Positions 38,826 to 48,378 of a DNA stretch of 64,000 nt are shown piece after piece. The position numbers were made by a program, and so were the translations under genes. The DNA lies in the IMG/VR virus record IMGVR_UViG_3300028048_000042. One strand, written 5' to 3'. Within the stretch, counting starts at the first letter, position 1. Every line of letters starts with the position of its first letter. The notes under the pieces were generated by a model. It ran no database searches, was not told the DNA's origin, and was given only the letters and a program-made list of their open reading frames with translations. The DNA comes from a virus. Taxonomy: Duplodnaviria; Caudoviricetes.

Positions 38826-39098
38826 GTGGAAAAACAGATTACAGAAAAAGAAACAAAAGAATTGGAAACGCAGATTAGACTCTTGTGCGAGTATATGAGT
38901 ATGACAGAAGAGTTTATTAAGCCTATTGATGAAATTGCTTGCAAAGCAATTGATAATATCATTAGCATGACAATGATTAGCCTTGGACGAAAGCATGGGT
39001 TGGATTATACATCTAGTGATAAGTCAAAAATTGATGAAAAGAAAGAAAAATCAATTGATGACATTATGAAAGATATAAATGAAGGGACGAAAGATTAA
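38826..39098 (+). CDS. Small hypothetical protein
   Basis: RBS AAAGGA, GTG start. Confidence 0.65.
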   Translation: MEKQITEKETKELETQIRLLCEYMSMTEEFIKPIDEIACKAIDNIISMTMISLGRKHGLDYTSSDKSKIDEKKEKSIDDIMKDINEGTKD

Positions 39099-39730
39099 TG
39101 GCACAGATGTTATTTTATTCAGGTATTATGAAACAGGGGGAGAAAAATTTCCTTGTTAATCCTTTTGAAAAAATTGTTGGTGAGCCTATTTGCTTGCAGA
39201 AAGATGAATATGTTAGTTTGACAGCAGAAGCATATGACAAATTGGTTAATGTTCTTGATTTAAAGTATCGTGAACCAATGTGCATTGTTTATGTTGAAGG
39301 TACAGTTGATGCTGATACGATGGTTAAACTTGAAGACTTGAAGTTCGTAGAGCAGAAACTTGATGCGACAGAGGAAGAAAAGTTGGATATGTACAAAGAA
39401 AAATCCATTCGCATTATGAATGAAATTATTTCAAGTCAGATGATGATTTCCAACTTTGAATTGTTCCATTTCTTTAAATTGAATCATTATCTTGAAGCAA
39501 AAGGCATTTTCATCATTGATGAAAATCGAGAGGAAGAATACATGAAGGTAATTGAAAGTGGCGATGCAGATACATTGCAGGTTCTTTCTGAATATCTTGA
39601 TGCGCTCGATGAATTTAATGTTATTGATGAAAAATATACAAAATATAAAGAGTATAAGGATAAGGTAAAAGCTGCTCAGACCGCAAAGGAAGTTGAGGAA
39701 GTATTTTATGAGTTTACAGCCAAACTATAA
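39098..39730 (+). CDS. Putative fibre assembly/chaperone protein
   Basis: C-terminal KVKAAQTAKEVEEV resembles the I.AA.T.EEV ending of tail-fibre assembly (DUF4376-like) proteins. Confidence 0.45.
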   Translation: MAQMLFYSGIMKQGEKNFLVNPFEKIVGEPICLQKDEYVSLTAEAYDKLVNVLDLKYREPMCIVYVEGTVDADTMVKLEDLKFVEQKLDATEEEKLDMYKEKSIRIMNEIISSQMMISNFELFHFFKLNHYLEAKGIFIIDENREEEYMKVIESGDADTLQVLSEYLDALDEFNVIDEKYTKYKEYKDKVKAAQTAKEVEEVFYEFTAKL

Positions 39731-40532
39731 AAATATAGTTTATATGACTGATAAATCTTATCTTTTTCAAACTTACGTTTCAATGTTATCTTTGAAACAA
39801 AATAAACGCTGTAATGTGAGTTACAGCGTTTATTTATTATGTATTGAATTTGATGATTTGGGTAAGATTGAGTCATTAAACAGTGAAGATTTTCAAATCA
39901 AACCAATTTATATCAAAAAAAACATATTCAAAAGACCTGATAATGCAGGTGTTGTGTATTATAAGTTGTTATTGCATGAGTTGTTGGATTGCGATGTTGT
40001 TTTTCACATTGATTCTGATACGGTGGTCGTAGATGATGTATCGGATATTTTTGATATAGATATATCTGATTATTATTGTGGTGCAGTAAGAGACAAGATA
40101 AAAGGGTTTAGATATTTTAACGCAGGGAACGTGTTGTTTAATTTGAAAAAAATTAGAGAAGATGTTGTAAATGATACAGACACAATGTATGTTTATTATG
40201 ACAGGTTAAATAAACAGTTGCAAGATGAAAAATGTTTTCTTTGGGAACAAGATGTTTTAAATGAAGCATTTAAAGGGAAAATTAAATATATTCATTATGG
40301 ATATAACTTTTTAGTAAACACATATAGCAAATATGGATTTAATGAATTGGTGAGATTGTATGGAGAACCTGTAAAATCAGAAAATTTAAAAATTTTGCAT
40401 TATGCAAGTTTCCCAAAACCTTGGAAAAGACCCAATTTGTTTGGGCAAATTTGGAAGATGTATGCAGAAGAAACTGCAAATAAGGAAAAAGAAAAAATGA
40501 TATTGAAGGTGGCTTGTCGTGAATTTAAATGA
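39708..40532 (+). CDS. Glycosyltransferase family 8
   Basis: IVYMTDKSY, HIDSDTVV, YFNAGNVLFNL, EQDVLN, ILHYASFPKPW; start moved to ATG 39708. Confidence 0.93.
   Translation: MSLQPNYKNIVYMTDKSYLFQTYVSMLSLKQNKRCNVSYSVYLLCIEFDDLGKIESLNSEDFQIKPIYIKKNIFKRPDNAGVVYYKLLLHELLDCDVVFHIDSDTVVVDDVSDIFDIDISDYYCGAVRDKIKGFRYFNAGNVLFNLKKIREDVVNDTDTMYVYYDRLNKQLQDEKCFLWEQDVLNEAFKGKIKYIHYGYNFLVNTYSKYGFNELVRLYGEPVKSENLKILHYASFPKPWKRPNLFGQIWKMYAEETANKEKEKMILKVACREFK
39800..39835 (+). terminator. Terminator-like 15-bp perfect hairpin inside the GT8 coding sequence
   Basis: AAATAAACGCTGTAA-tgtgag-TTACAGCGTTTATTT. Confidence 0.6.
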
Positions 40533-41661
40533 TAATAATATGTTTTTGTATCAGTTTATCTTGGGGACTGATATGAAAGTAAAAACTCGAAACCAAGACA
40601 CTATTTTAGTTACTTGCAATATTGTATCAAGGGAAGACAAAAATTATTTGTGGGGAGCAGAGAAGTATTGCGTTAAAATTTGTAAAGCGTTGTCAAAAAA
40701 ATACAAAGTGCATTTGTTTCAACATGCAAAGGATTTTCTTGAATTGGATAATGTAGTTGTGCATTCTAATATAGATAATTTCTTTTCAAAGGAAAGAATG
40801 AAAGTAACTGCAAATAAAGTTAAGGCAGTTGCACCAAAATGTATTCTTTGTAATGCAGGCAGTGGACAGCAAGCATTGTATTGGACTATTATTGCAAAGA
40901 TGGTAAATGTACCAATTATAATGTTCTTTCATAATGAACCTGAATATATGTTAAAAACAATTAGCAATATATGGGGCATGAATTACATTAAGAACCAAAA
41001 AGTTGTAAAAAACTCGCAAAAACTGTATGATATGGTCTTGGAAAATTGCAACAAATTAGCATTTTTGTTACCTCAGTATATTGATAAACGATATGAGAAG
41101 AAATCATATGTTTTTTACAATTGTGTAGAATTACCTGAACACGTTGATGTTGAACAAGAAAGACAGAACATCTTGTATGTTGGTCGTATAAATTCGGATG
41201 TTAAACGTACAGATTTACTAATAGATGCAGTAAAAGATACGGAATATCCATGTTATATTTGTGGATATAATTATTATGGTCAAGGCTATATAGACATGAG
41301 TTGGTATGAAGATACAAATATCCATTATGAAGGGTATCAGGAAAATGTAGCTGATTATTATAAAAATGCTAAAGTTCTTGTAATCCCATCTTTATTGGAA
41401 GGTTTGCCAACAGTTGCTTTAGAAGCTATGTCATATGGTGTTCCTGTGCTTGGATTCAAAGAATGTAAATCAATAAATGATATAGTAAAAGATGGATATA
41501 ATGGTTGGGTAATTGAAAATGATTTGAAGGGGAAAATATCTGAAATTATGTCCATTGAAGATATGACAGAAATTAGAAAAAATTGTATAGAAGAATCAAA
41601 AAAATATAGCATAGAAAAAATCATGGTTGAAATTGAAAAAGCGATAAAATCATGTCGGTAA
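40519..41661 (+). CDS. Glycosyltransferase family 4 (GT-B)
   Basis: WGAE, ILYVGRI...KR, PS..EGLPTVALEAMSYGVPV, VKDGYNG. Confidence 0.93.
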   Translation: MNLNDNNMFLYQFILGTDMKVKTRNQDTILVTCNIVSREDKNYLWGAEKYCVKICKALSKKYKVHLFQHAKDFLELDNVVVHSNIDNFFSKERMKVTANKVKAVAPKCILCNAGSGQQALYWTIIAKMVNVPIIMFFHNEPEYMLKTISNIWGMNYIKNQKVVKNSQKLYDMVLENCNKLAFLLPQYIDKRYEKKSYVFYNCVELPEHVDVEQERQNILYVGRINSDVKRTDLLIDAVKDTEYPCYICGYNYYGQGYIDMSWYEDTNIHYEGYQENVADYYKNAKVLVIPSLLEGLPTVALEAMSYGVPVLGFKECKSINDIVKDGYNGWVIENDLKGKISEIMSIEDMTEIRKNCIEESKKYSIEKIMVEIEKAIKSCR

Positions 41662-41673
41662 AGGGATATTGAT

Positions 41674-42165
41674 ATGAAAATTTTAACAACTGATAAAAAT
41701 AAAAATTTATTAAGTAAAGACACTGACTTTAAATTTGTTAGTAATGGGTGTGTTTATAGGTTTGTCAGTGAAACAGTTAAACAAGATATATTGATAAATT
41801 ATCATAATATTGTTGATAAAAATTTACAAAAATATTTACCGAAAAATATTTGTATTAATCGCAATATGGTTACTTATCAATATGTGGAAGGTAGAGATTT
41901 GGAATATTGCTATTCAATAAGAATGAATTATTTATATGCAAAAATGTTGTTCGAGCTTTGGAAATCAAATTGTTATATTTTTGACCTTTCTCGAAGAAAC
42001 GTTATTTTTGATGGAGAAAAAATTGTCATTATAGATTTGGATTGTAAGCCAAAAGCAAATTGTACAAAATGGCAATATGCAAAAGAATGTTTGTATCGTT
42101 TTAGAGATACAATGGTAAATTGTGGGACTATGATAAAAAGATTGGAAAGATTTTTATGCGAGTGA
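41674..42165 (+). CDS. Minimal protein-kinase-like fold protein
   Basis: YQYVEGRDL, DLSRRNVI, IIDLD. Confidence 0.65.
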   Translation: MKILTTDKNKNLLSKDTDFKFVSNGCVYRFVSETVKQDILINYHNIVDKNLQKYLPKNICINRNMVTYQYVEGRDLEYCYSIRMNYLYAKMLFELWKSNCYIFDLSRRNVIFDGEKIVIIDLDCKPKANCTKWQYAKECLYRFRDTMVNCGTMIKRLERFLCE

Positions 42166-43055
42166 ATTTAATTTATTTTTTGTATGAGTTAAATGGAGCT
42201 TATACTTCATTTGAAGACTTGTTCTACAATTTGAAGCGTTTTACAGATAATGATGTTCGATTTATTATTTTATATGAAGATAAGGATGTGCTTGTTCGAT
42301 TTAAAGAATATTTGGCTTTCGGAACAGGTATTTGCTATTTACAAATTGAAAAAGAAGGGTATCATAATATGAAATTTCCTATCAAATACGATATTAAGGG
42401 AGATATAAATGTTATTAGTACCGAAATTATTCAGTTGGAATGGCATGACAGATTTGTACAACATTCAAACAAAACATATTTGCTATATCCTGCCTTTGTA
42501 TATAAAGATGAAGGACTAGACCACAGCATTTTTGAGTATCAAATGAATTATATTAAAGAACATAATGTTTTGACAATTTGTAATGAATTTAATGCAAAGT
42601 ATGTGGATAATAGTTTTGTTTGGTATATGAAGTTTTCACCTGAACGAATTGAAAAAATAAAAAAGCTTGTTAGTTTTGAAAATGATACTTTGGTAGCAGA
42701 AGATTATTACAAGAATAAAATGGAAGGTAGAAATATAAAACCTTTTTCGTATAAAAAATATGAATATTATAGATATGACAAGAAAAATGATTTCAACAAC
42801 TATACTGATAATGGAGCAAGATATTATGAAAATATCGGTAAATTAATGTTTGAATTTGTTTTTCTTGGCAAAGAATCGACATATTCACCAAAGAATAAAA
42901 AGTTCTTTGATGGATTGAGTGAATTTATGAGATATATTGGATATGATGACGAAAAGGAATATACTTTTACTAAAGATGATATGCCATTGTTAAAAAAGAA
43001 ACTGTATATGGATAAAGATGATGAAATATTAAAACTCTTTAGAGAAGAAGGTTAA
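42156..43055 (+). CDS. Hypothetical protein, possible glycosyltransferase-fold; paralogue of 17946..18794
   Basis: Shared motifs; start moved to ATG 42156. Confidence 0.55.
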   Translation: MRVNLIYFLYELNGAYTSFEDLFYNLKRFTDNDVRFIILYEDKDVLVRFKEYLAFGTGICYLQIEKEGYHNMKFPIKYDIKGDINVISTEIIQLEWHDRFVQHSNKTYLLYPAFVYKDEGLDHSIFEYQMNYIKEHNVLTICNEFNAKYVDNSFVWYMKFSPERIEKIKKLVSFENDTLVAEDYYKNKMEGRNIKPFSYKKYEYYRYDKKNDFNNYTDNGARYYENIGKLMFEFVFLGKESTYSPKNKKFFDGLSEFMRYIGYDDEKEYTFTKDDMPLLKKKLYMDKDDEILKLFREEG

Positions 43056-43058
43056 AAA

Positions 43059-44651
43059 ATGAAAATTTTAGGTATTCAGTGTTATCAGGATTATAATGTT
43101 TGTTATTATGATACAGAAACAAAAGAGTTAAAATATATTGAGTTAGAGAAATTGTTGAAGAGAAAACATTTTTCTTTTCATAGTGAAAAACTCGATTATA
43201 TGCATGAAATTGATAGGATATATAATGACAACCTTAGAAATAATCTTTATAAGACGCAGAAAATTATTCACAAAGAATTGGGCGTTGATAGATTTGACCT
43301 AATTTGTTGGAATTATACACGATTTGAAGATGGATATTTGAAAAAAGAATCTTTTGATTTTATTAAAATGTTGGAAAAATGTGATATTCAAAAGTTCCAC
43401 CATCAAGAAAACCATGTATTACCTGCAATTGTGGAAAATCATTTACAAGAAGCATTGTGTGTCTCCGTTGATGGTAAAGGTGATGGAAACCATGCAATTT
43501 ATACTTGGAAAGATGGCAAATTGACAAAGTTGTTTCAGGAGCATAGATTTTCTTATGGTATGTTCTATGAAGTCCTTTCTGCATATTTCTTAACAGATGA
43601 CCATGTGTACTATCAAGGTGCAGAAGGTAAATTCATGGCGTATGCAGGGTTATCTAATAACTTTGTAAAAATTGTGGATATAGATTATTTTATGGATAAG
43701 ATTAAAAATACTGATTGGAATAATTGGGAAGAAAAAGTAAAAATTCAAAATTATATTTTTAATTTTTTAGATACACAATCTCAGTATTTTGATAAAAAAG
43801 ATTTAGCATATACCATGCAAAAATTGTGGTTGGATTCTTTGATTCGTGATATTGCAAAATATCGTCACGGACAAAGGAATTTAGTTATTTCAGGCGGTTG
43901 TGCTCTTAATTGTATGCTTAATTATTTGTTGATAAAAACAGGTTGGTTTGAAAATGTATACTTCACACCAATTGCTTCTGATGTTGGTCAGTCGTATGGA
44001 GCTGTATTGAATTACTTGCTGAGATATAAGCCTGAAGAAATCAAACATATTAATACGAGACAATATTCTGTTACCGAAATGTATAGAGATAAAGATTATT
44101 TTAAATCAATTGAATCTAATTTTGCAGATATTAATGTAAATAAAATTGTTGATGCTTTGGCTGATGGGAAAGTAATTGGTGTTTGTCGTGGCAACATTGA
44201 GATGGGGCCTCGTGCTTTGGGCAATCGTAGTATTTTAGCGGCACCATTTAAGGCAGAAATGAAAACGAAGCTAAATGAATTAAAAGGAAGAGAACAATAT
44301 CGACCTTATGGTATTCTTGTCCCTCGTGAAGAAATGGGCAAATATTTTGATATTGATGTAGATGCAACATATATGAATGTTTTAGCTTATTGCAATGATT
44401 CAAAATTATTACTTGGTGCGCAACATCATGATAAAACAGTTCGTGTGCAGACTGTGGATAAAAAGAATAATCCGTGGCTTTATAATTTATTAATGGCGTT
44501 TAAGAAAAGAACAGGTGTACCTATTCTTATCAATACTTCATTCAATGATAGTGGTTTGCCTATTTTTAATTATGTTGAAGATATGTATAGAATGTATCAA
44601 GAAAAATTAGATGGATTGGTTATTGATGAAAAAATGATTATGAAGGATTGA
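43059..44651 (+). CDS. Carbamoyltransferase (NodU/CmcH family)
   Basis: HHQENH, VDGKGD, EGKFMAYA, SGGCALNC, SDVGQSYGA, EMGPRALGNRSILA, RVQTV, INTSFN. Confidence 0.95.
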   Translation: MKILGIQCYQDYNVCYYDTETKELKYIELEKLLKRKHFSFHSEKLDYMHEIDRIYNDNLRNNLYKTQKIIHKELGVDRFDLICWNYTRFEDGYLKKESFDFIKMLEKCDIQKFHHQENHVLPAIVENHLQEALCVSVDGKGDGNHAIYTWKDGKLTKLFQEHRFSYGMFYEVLSAYFLTDDHVYYQGAEGKFMAYAGLSNNFVKIVDIDYFMDKIKNTDWNNWEEKVKIQNYIFNFLDTQSQYFDKKDLAYTMQKLWLDSLIRDIAKYRHGQRNLVISGGCALNCMLNYLLIKTGWFENVYFTPIASDVGQSYGAVLNYLLRYKPEEIKHINTRQYSVTEMYRDKDYFKSIESNFADINVNKIVDALADGKVIGVCRGNIEMGPRALGNRSILAAPFKAEMKTKLNELKGREQYRPYGILVPREEMGKYFDIDVDATYMNVLAYCNDSKLLLGAQHHDKTVRVQTVDKKNNPWLYNLLMAFKKRTGVPILINTSFNDSGLPIFNYVEDMYRMYQEKLDGLVIDEKMIMKD

Positions 44652-44657
44652 TATTAA

Positions 44658-45416
44658 TTGAAACATATACCTTTGATTGAATATCACCTAACAAACCATT
44701 GCAATTTAAACTGTAAGGGGTGTGCTCATTTTGCACCTCTTGCAGAGCCTTGGTTTGCAGATGTAAAGCAATTTGAAAAAGATTTAAACAAATTAACAGA
44801 TAAAGTAATTATTGATGAATTGATTATGTTTGGTGGAGAACCATTATTGCATCCAACAATATGTGATTTCTTTGAAATGGCAAGAAAAATTTTACCACAT
44901 GCAAAAATTTGTGTTTTAACGAATGGAGTTAATTTATTGAAAGAGTTGCCTAAATTAAAGGATTCTCTTGTTAAGAATGAAATTATTGTTGATATAACAA
45001 GTTATCCGATTAACGTTAATTATAAAATGACATTGAAAATGTTAAAAGCATTTGGAGTAAAATATAAAATTTATAATGATTTAGAACCAATAAAAACATT
45101 AAGAAAACATAAATTATCTCATGAAAAGAAAGAAAATACATGGGATTGCTTAATGATAAATTCTAAATCTGTGCAGTTGAAAGATGGGAAATTGTATATT
45201 TGTCCAATACAAGCGTATATTGATATTTTTAACAAATATTTTAATGAGAATTATGAGGTTGACGAATCGGATATTTTGACTCTTACAGATGATACAACAG
45301 ATGATGAAATCTTAAATATGTATTATCACAAAAATGAATTTTGCAAATTTTGTAGAGAACCAATTGTAGGAAATAAATATTCTACATCAAAAAGAGATAA
45401 GCAAGAATGGACGTAA
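44658..45416 (+). CDS. Radical SAM protein (CxxxCxxCxHFAP subtype)
   Basis: CNLNCKGCAHFAP, GGEPLLHP, TNG, GKLYICP, C-terminal CKFC...EW. Confidence 0.93.
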   Translation: MKHIPLIEYHLTNHCNLNCKGCAHFAPLAEPWFADVKQFEKDLNKLTDKVIIDELIMFGGEPLLHPTICDFFEMARKILPHAKICVLTNGVNLLKELPKLKDSLVKNEIIVDITSYPINVNYKMTLKMLKAFGVKYKIYNDLEPIKTLRKHKLSHEKKENTWDCLMINSKSVQLKDGKLYICPIQAYIDIFNKYFNENYEVDESDILTLTDDTTDDEILNMYYHKNEFCKFCREPIVGNKYSTSKRDKQEWT

Positions 45417-45431
45417 AATTAAAAAAGTGTT

Positions 45432-46271
45432 ATGATTAGAGAGAATTATGCAATGGATATAAAATATTGTTTTAAGACTCAAATCGTGGATGAATGTAAC
45501 TTGAATTGCTGTGGGTGCGACCATTTTGCACCCATAGCTGATTCTTGGCATCAACCGTTGGGAGATTTTATTAAAATGATGAAAACTCTTAAAAATACAG
45601 TTGGTGATAGCATAAAAGAAATTGAGTTATACGGTGGTGAACCATTATTACATAAGGATTTATATAGAATGCTTATGGCGTGTGAAATTATATTTCCTCA
45701 AACGGTAATATTATCAATAGAAAGTAATGGTTTATTGCTTGATAGTTTTTTACAAAAGAATAAATCTTTGCAAAAAGATACGAGAATTGAATATCAGATT
45801 ACAGAATATGCAACAACACAAGGAATTGTGGATAGATTAAAAAATAAATATCCTAATTTAGTGATTTTTAGGTCTAAGCATACACCTTTAGAATTAAACA
45901 CAAATAAAAGCTGTTGGAAAGATTGTATGTTTAATATAAATCTTCAGTATGAGGAAAATGAAGAAAGACAATGGGAAATATATAAGCATTGTTACTGTAA
46001 AAGCTTTGAAGAACATAGCGTTTGTTTGCGAAATTGGAAAATTTCTCCATGTCCTTTAGTTATGTGTATAGATATATTTGATGGTTACTTTGGCGAACAT
46101 TTTTATAATGAGGAAAATTATGTCAAAGTGACAGAATCATTAAATAAAGATGATTTGTATAAAATGGCGCATGTTCCTTGTGAACATTGTAAACGCTGTG
46201 GGAATGTAGTATATGGATTTCCTTATAAAATGTCAGAGAAGAAAAAATCTGAATGGGTGGTAGAAAAGTGA
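45432..46271 (+). CDS. Radical SAM protein (CxxxCxxCxHFAP subtype)
   Basis: CNLNCCGCDHFAP, GGEPLLH, SNG, CEHCKRC...SEW. Confidence 0.93.
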   Translation: MIRENYAMDIKYCFKTQIVDECNLNCCGCDHFAPIADSWHQPLGDFIKMMKTLKNTVGDSIKEIELYGGEPLLHKDLYRMLMACEIIFPQTVILSIESNGLLLDSFLQKNKSLQKDTRIEYQITEYATTQGIVDRLKNKYPNLVIFRSKHTPLELNTNKSCWKDCMFNINLQYEENEERQWEIYKHCYCKSFEEHSVCLRNWKISPCPLVMCIDIFDGYFGEHFYNEENYVKVTESLNKDDLYKMAHVPCEHCKRCGNVVYGFPYKMSEKKKSEWVVEK

Positions 46272-47581
46272 TAAAGGATTTAATAACAAAACAAGGAATT
46301 ATGATTGATATAACCAATGCTTGTGTTAATCAGTGCGGTAATTGTATGCGATTTTGTGGTTATCATGATGACCCATTTTTTATGGAATTTGAATATTTTA
46401 AAAAAGTTGTTGATAGCTTGCACGATTTTGATGGGCAAATAGGTATAATTGGCGGTGAGCCAACATTACATCCTGATTTTGTTAAAATGGTTGAGTATAT
46501 AAGAGATACATATCCGCATAAAAAAGAAAAAGGATTTGTAAGACAACCAATCTCTGATGTTAATGGATATATTTTTAATAATAATGTGGATGATGTTGGC
46601 AAATTCAAGTTGTTTACTTGTGCAAAGACGCAACAATTTTATGATAATTTTGAGTTAATAGATGATGTATTCGAATCATTTAGATTTAATGACCACAGTC
46701 AAGGAACAAGACATTTTACAACCTTGGTTGATTATAAAGATTTGGGGTTGTCTGATGGCGAATTTAAAATGTTGGAAAATGATTGTTGGGTACAAAATTA
46801 TTGTTTTGCTACGGTAACGCCTAAAGGTGGTTTCTTCTGCGAAATGGCAGGAGCTTTAGATATGCTTTATGGTGGAGATGGCGGTTTCGAAATTAAAGAT
46901 GGTTGGTGGAAACGTTATCGTAAAGATTTCGAGTGTCAAGAACAATGGTGTGCACATTGTGGTGCAAGATTAGGTTTGCCAATGAGATTGGATTCAGAAA
47001 ATAAAGACTACGTTTCTAAAAGCGTTGTCGATAATTTAAAGCATACCAAACGCATACGTAATAATGATTATAAAATAATAACCAAAGAAGAATATCAAAA
47101 AAATTGGATGAAATGGCGAGAAGAAAAATCTAAAAAATTAGATTTAGTTGATGAAATTTGTGTTGATAATAATAATCCATTTTTTAGACCTCAACACATA
47201 TCATTTGTTAATAAGTATGATGATATATTGAAGCAAGATGATTGGGTTATATGTGGGGATTATGCAGGTAAAGAAAAATATGTTCTTGATTTTATGAATA
47301 ATCATTTTTTTAATATAGGGTGTTTGTACTATATGGAAGATGAACCGATATTTGCGGTTAATGTAAAATCTAATGCATTGAAGGATTTAACGAAGATTGA
47401 TATGAATCCTTGGGGATATTATGATTTACAAAAAATAGTGAAAATAAATAATTTTGAAGATGATGTATTAAAAGCAACAGATGAAGTTATGTCTGTTAGG
47501 GGAATTATGGATGTAAGTGTTGCAAAGCAAAAAGCAGAATTAATGAAAAAGATAAGGGATAAAATGAAATGTTCGACATAA
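46268..47581 (+). CDS. Radical SAM protein with extra C-terminal domain
   Basis: CVNQCGNC.RFCG, GGEPTLHP, CWVQNYC, FFCEMA, CAHC; GTG start 46268. Confidence 0.9.
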   Translation: MIKDLITKQGIMIDITNACVNQCGNCMRFCGYHDDPFFMEFEYFKKVVDSLHDFDGQIGIIGGEPTLHPDFVKMVEYIRDTYPHKKEKGFVRQPISDVNGYIFNNNVDDVGKFKLFTCAKTQQFYDNFELIDDVFESFRFNDHSQGTRHFTTLVDYKDLGLSDGEFKMLENDCWVQNYCFATVTPKGGFFCEMAGALDMLYGGDGGFEIKDGWWKRYRKDFECQEQWCAHCGARLGLPMRLDSENKDYVSKSVVDNLKHTKRIRNNDYKIITKEEYQKNWMKWREEKSKKLDLVDEICVDNNNPFFRPQHISFVNKYDDILKQDDWVICGDYAGKEKYVLDFMNNHFFNIGCLYYMEDEPIFAVNVKSNALKDLTKIDMNPWGYYDLQKIVKINNFEDDVLKATDEVMSVRGIMDVSVAKQKAELMKKIRDKMKCST

Positions 47582-48378
47582 AAACCATTTTAAAAAGCAA
47601 AATTTGGATGAAAGAAAATCTTGGCGAAATAGATATTCCTGTTGTGAATCATTGTAATCTTAATTGTGCAAGCTGTGACCATTTTGCTCCATTAGCGGAA
47701 AAGCATTTTTATAAATTGGAAAACTATATTAAAAATCTTGATAGACTTAAAGCCTTGTTAAAAGATAAAAAAATATATAGAATTAATTTGATGGGTGGAG
47801 AGCCGTTGTTACATCCTCAATTAATTGATTTTTGTAGAGTAACAAGAGAAAAATTTTCAGATACAAATATATTCATTACAACCAATGGCATTTTATTGCC
47901 ACAGTGGGAGAAAGAAAATGGGCATATTTTAAAAAAGCTAAATATAAGAATTTTGGTTACAGAATACAACAAAGATAAAAATTTCTATAAAATGAATTTG
48001 CTGAAAGAAAAAAGCAGTCAAAAAAGTTATCAGTATTGCAATAATCGTAATATAAATGTACTTGAAATAATTGATAATGTCGATGAAGAGTTTCACGAGT
48101 TTTATTCCGATTTCCCATGTACGCAGTTAAATGAAAATGGAGATTATTTTTCATGTATTATTCCTGCAAATATTGAAATCTTTAATAAACATTTTAAAAC
48201 AAAATATGAACTGATAGAAGGTCAAGACTTTGTTAACATTTTTAACATTGATGATTTGTCAGAAATGATTAGGATTACGCAATGCAAAAAAATACCATTT
48301 TGTGATTATTGTGGGAAGAAAACTGTCGTGAAATGGAAAGGAAGTAAAAATGATGAACAAGAATGGGTTGAACAGTAA
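47569..48378 (+). CDS. Radical SAM protein (CxxxCxxCxHFAP subtype)
   Basis: CNLNCASCDHFAP, GGEPLLHP, TNG, CDYC...EW. Confidence 0.93.
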   Translation: MFDIKTILKSKIWMKENLGEIDIPVVNHCNLNCASCDHFAPLAEKHFYKLENYIKNLDRLKALLKDKKIYRINLMGGEPLLHPQLIDFCRVTREKFSDTNIFITTNGILLPQWEKENGHILKKLNIRILVTEYNKDKNFYKMNLLKEKSSQKSYQYCNNRNINVLEIIDNVDEEFHEFYSDFPCTQLNENGDYFSCIIPANIEIFNKHFKTKYELIEGQDFVNIFNIDDLSEMIRITQCKKIPFCDYCGKKTVVKWKGSKNDEQEWVEQ

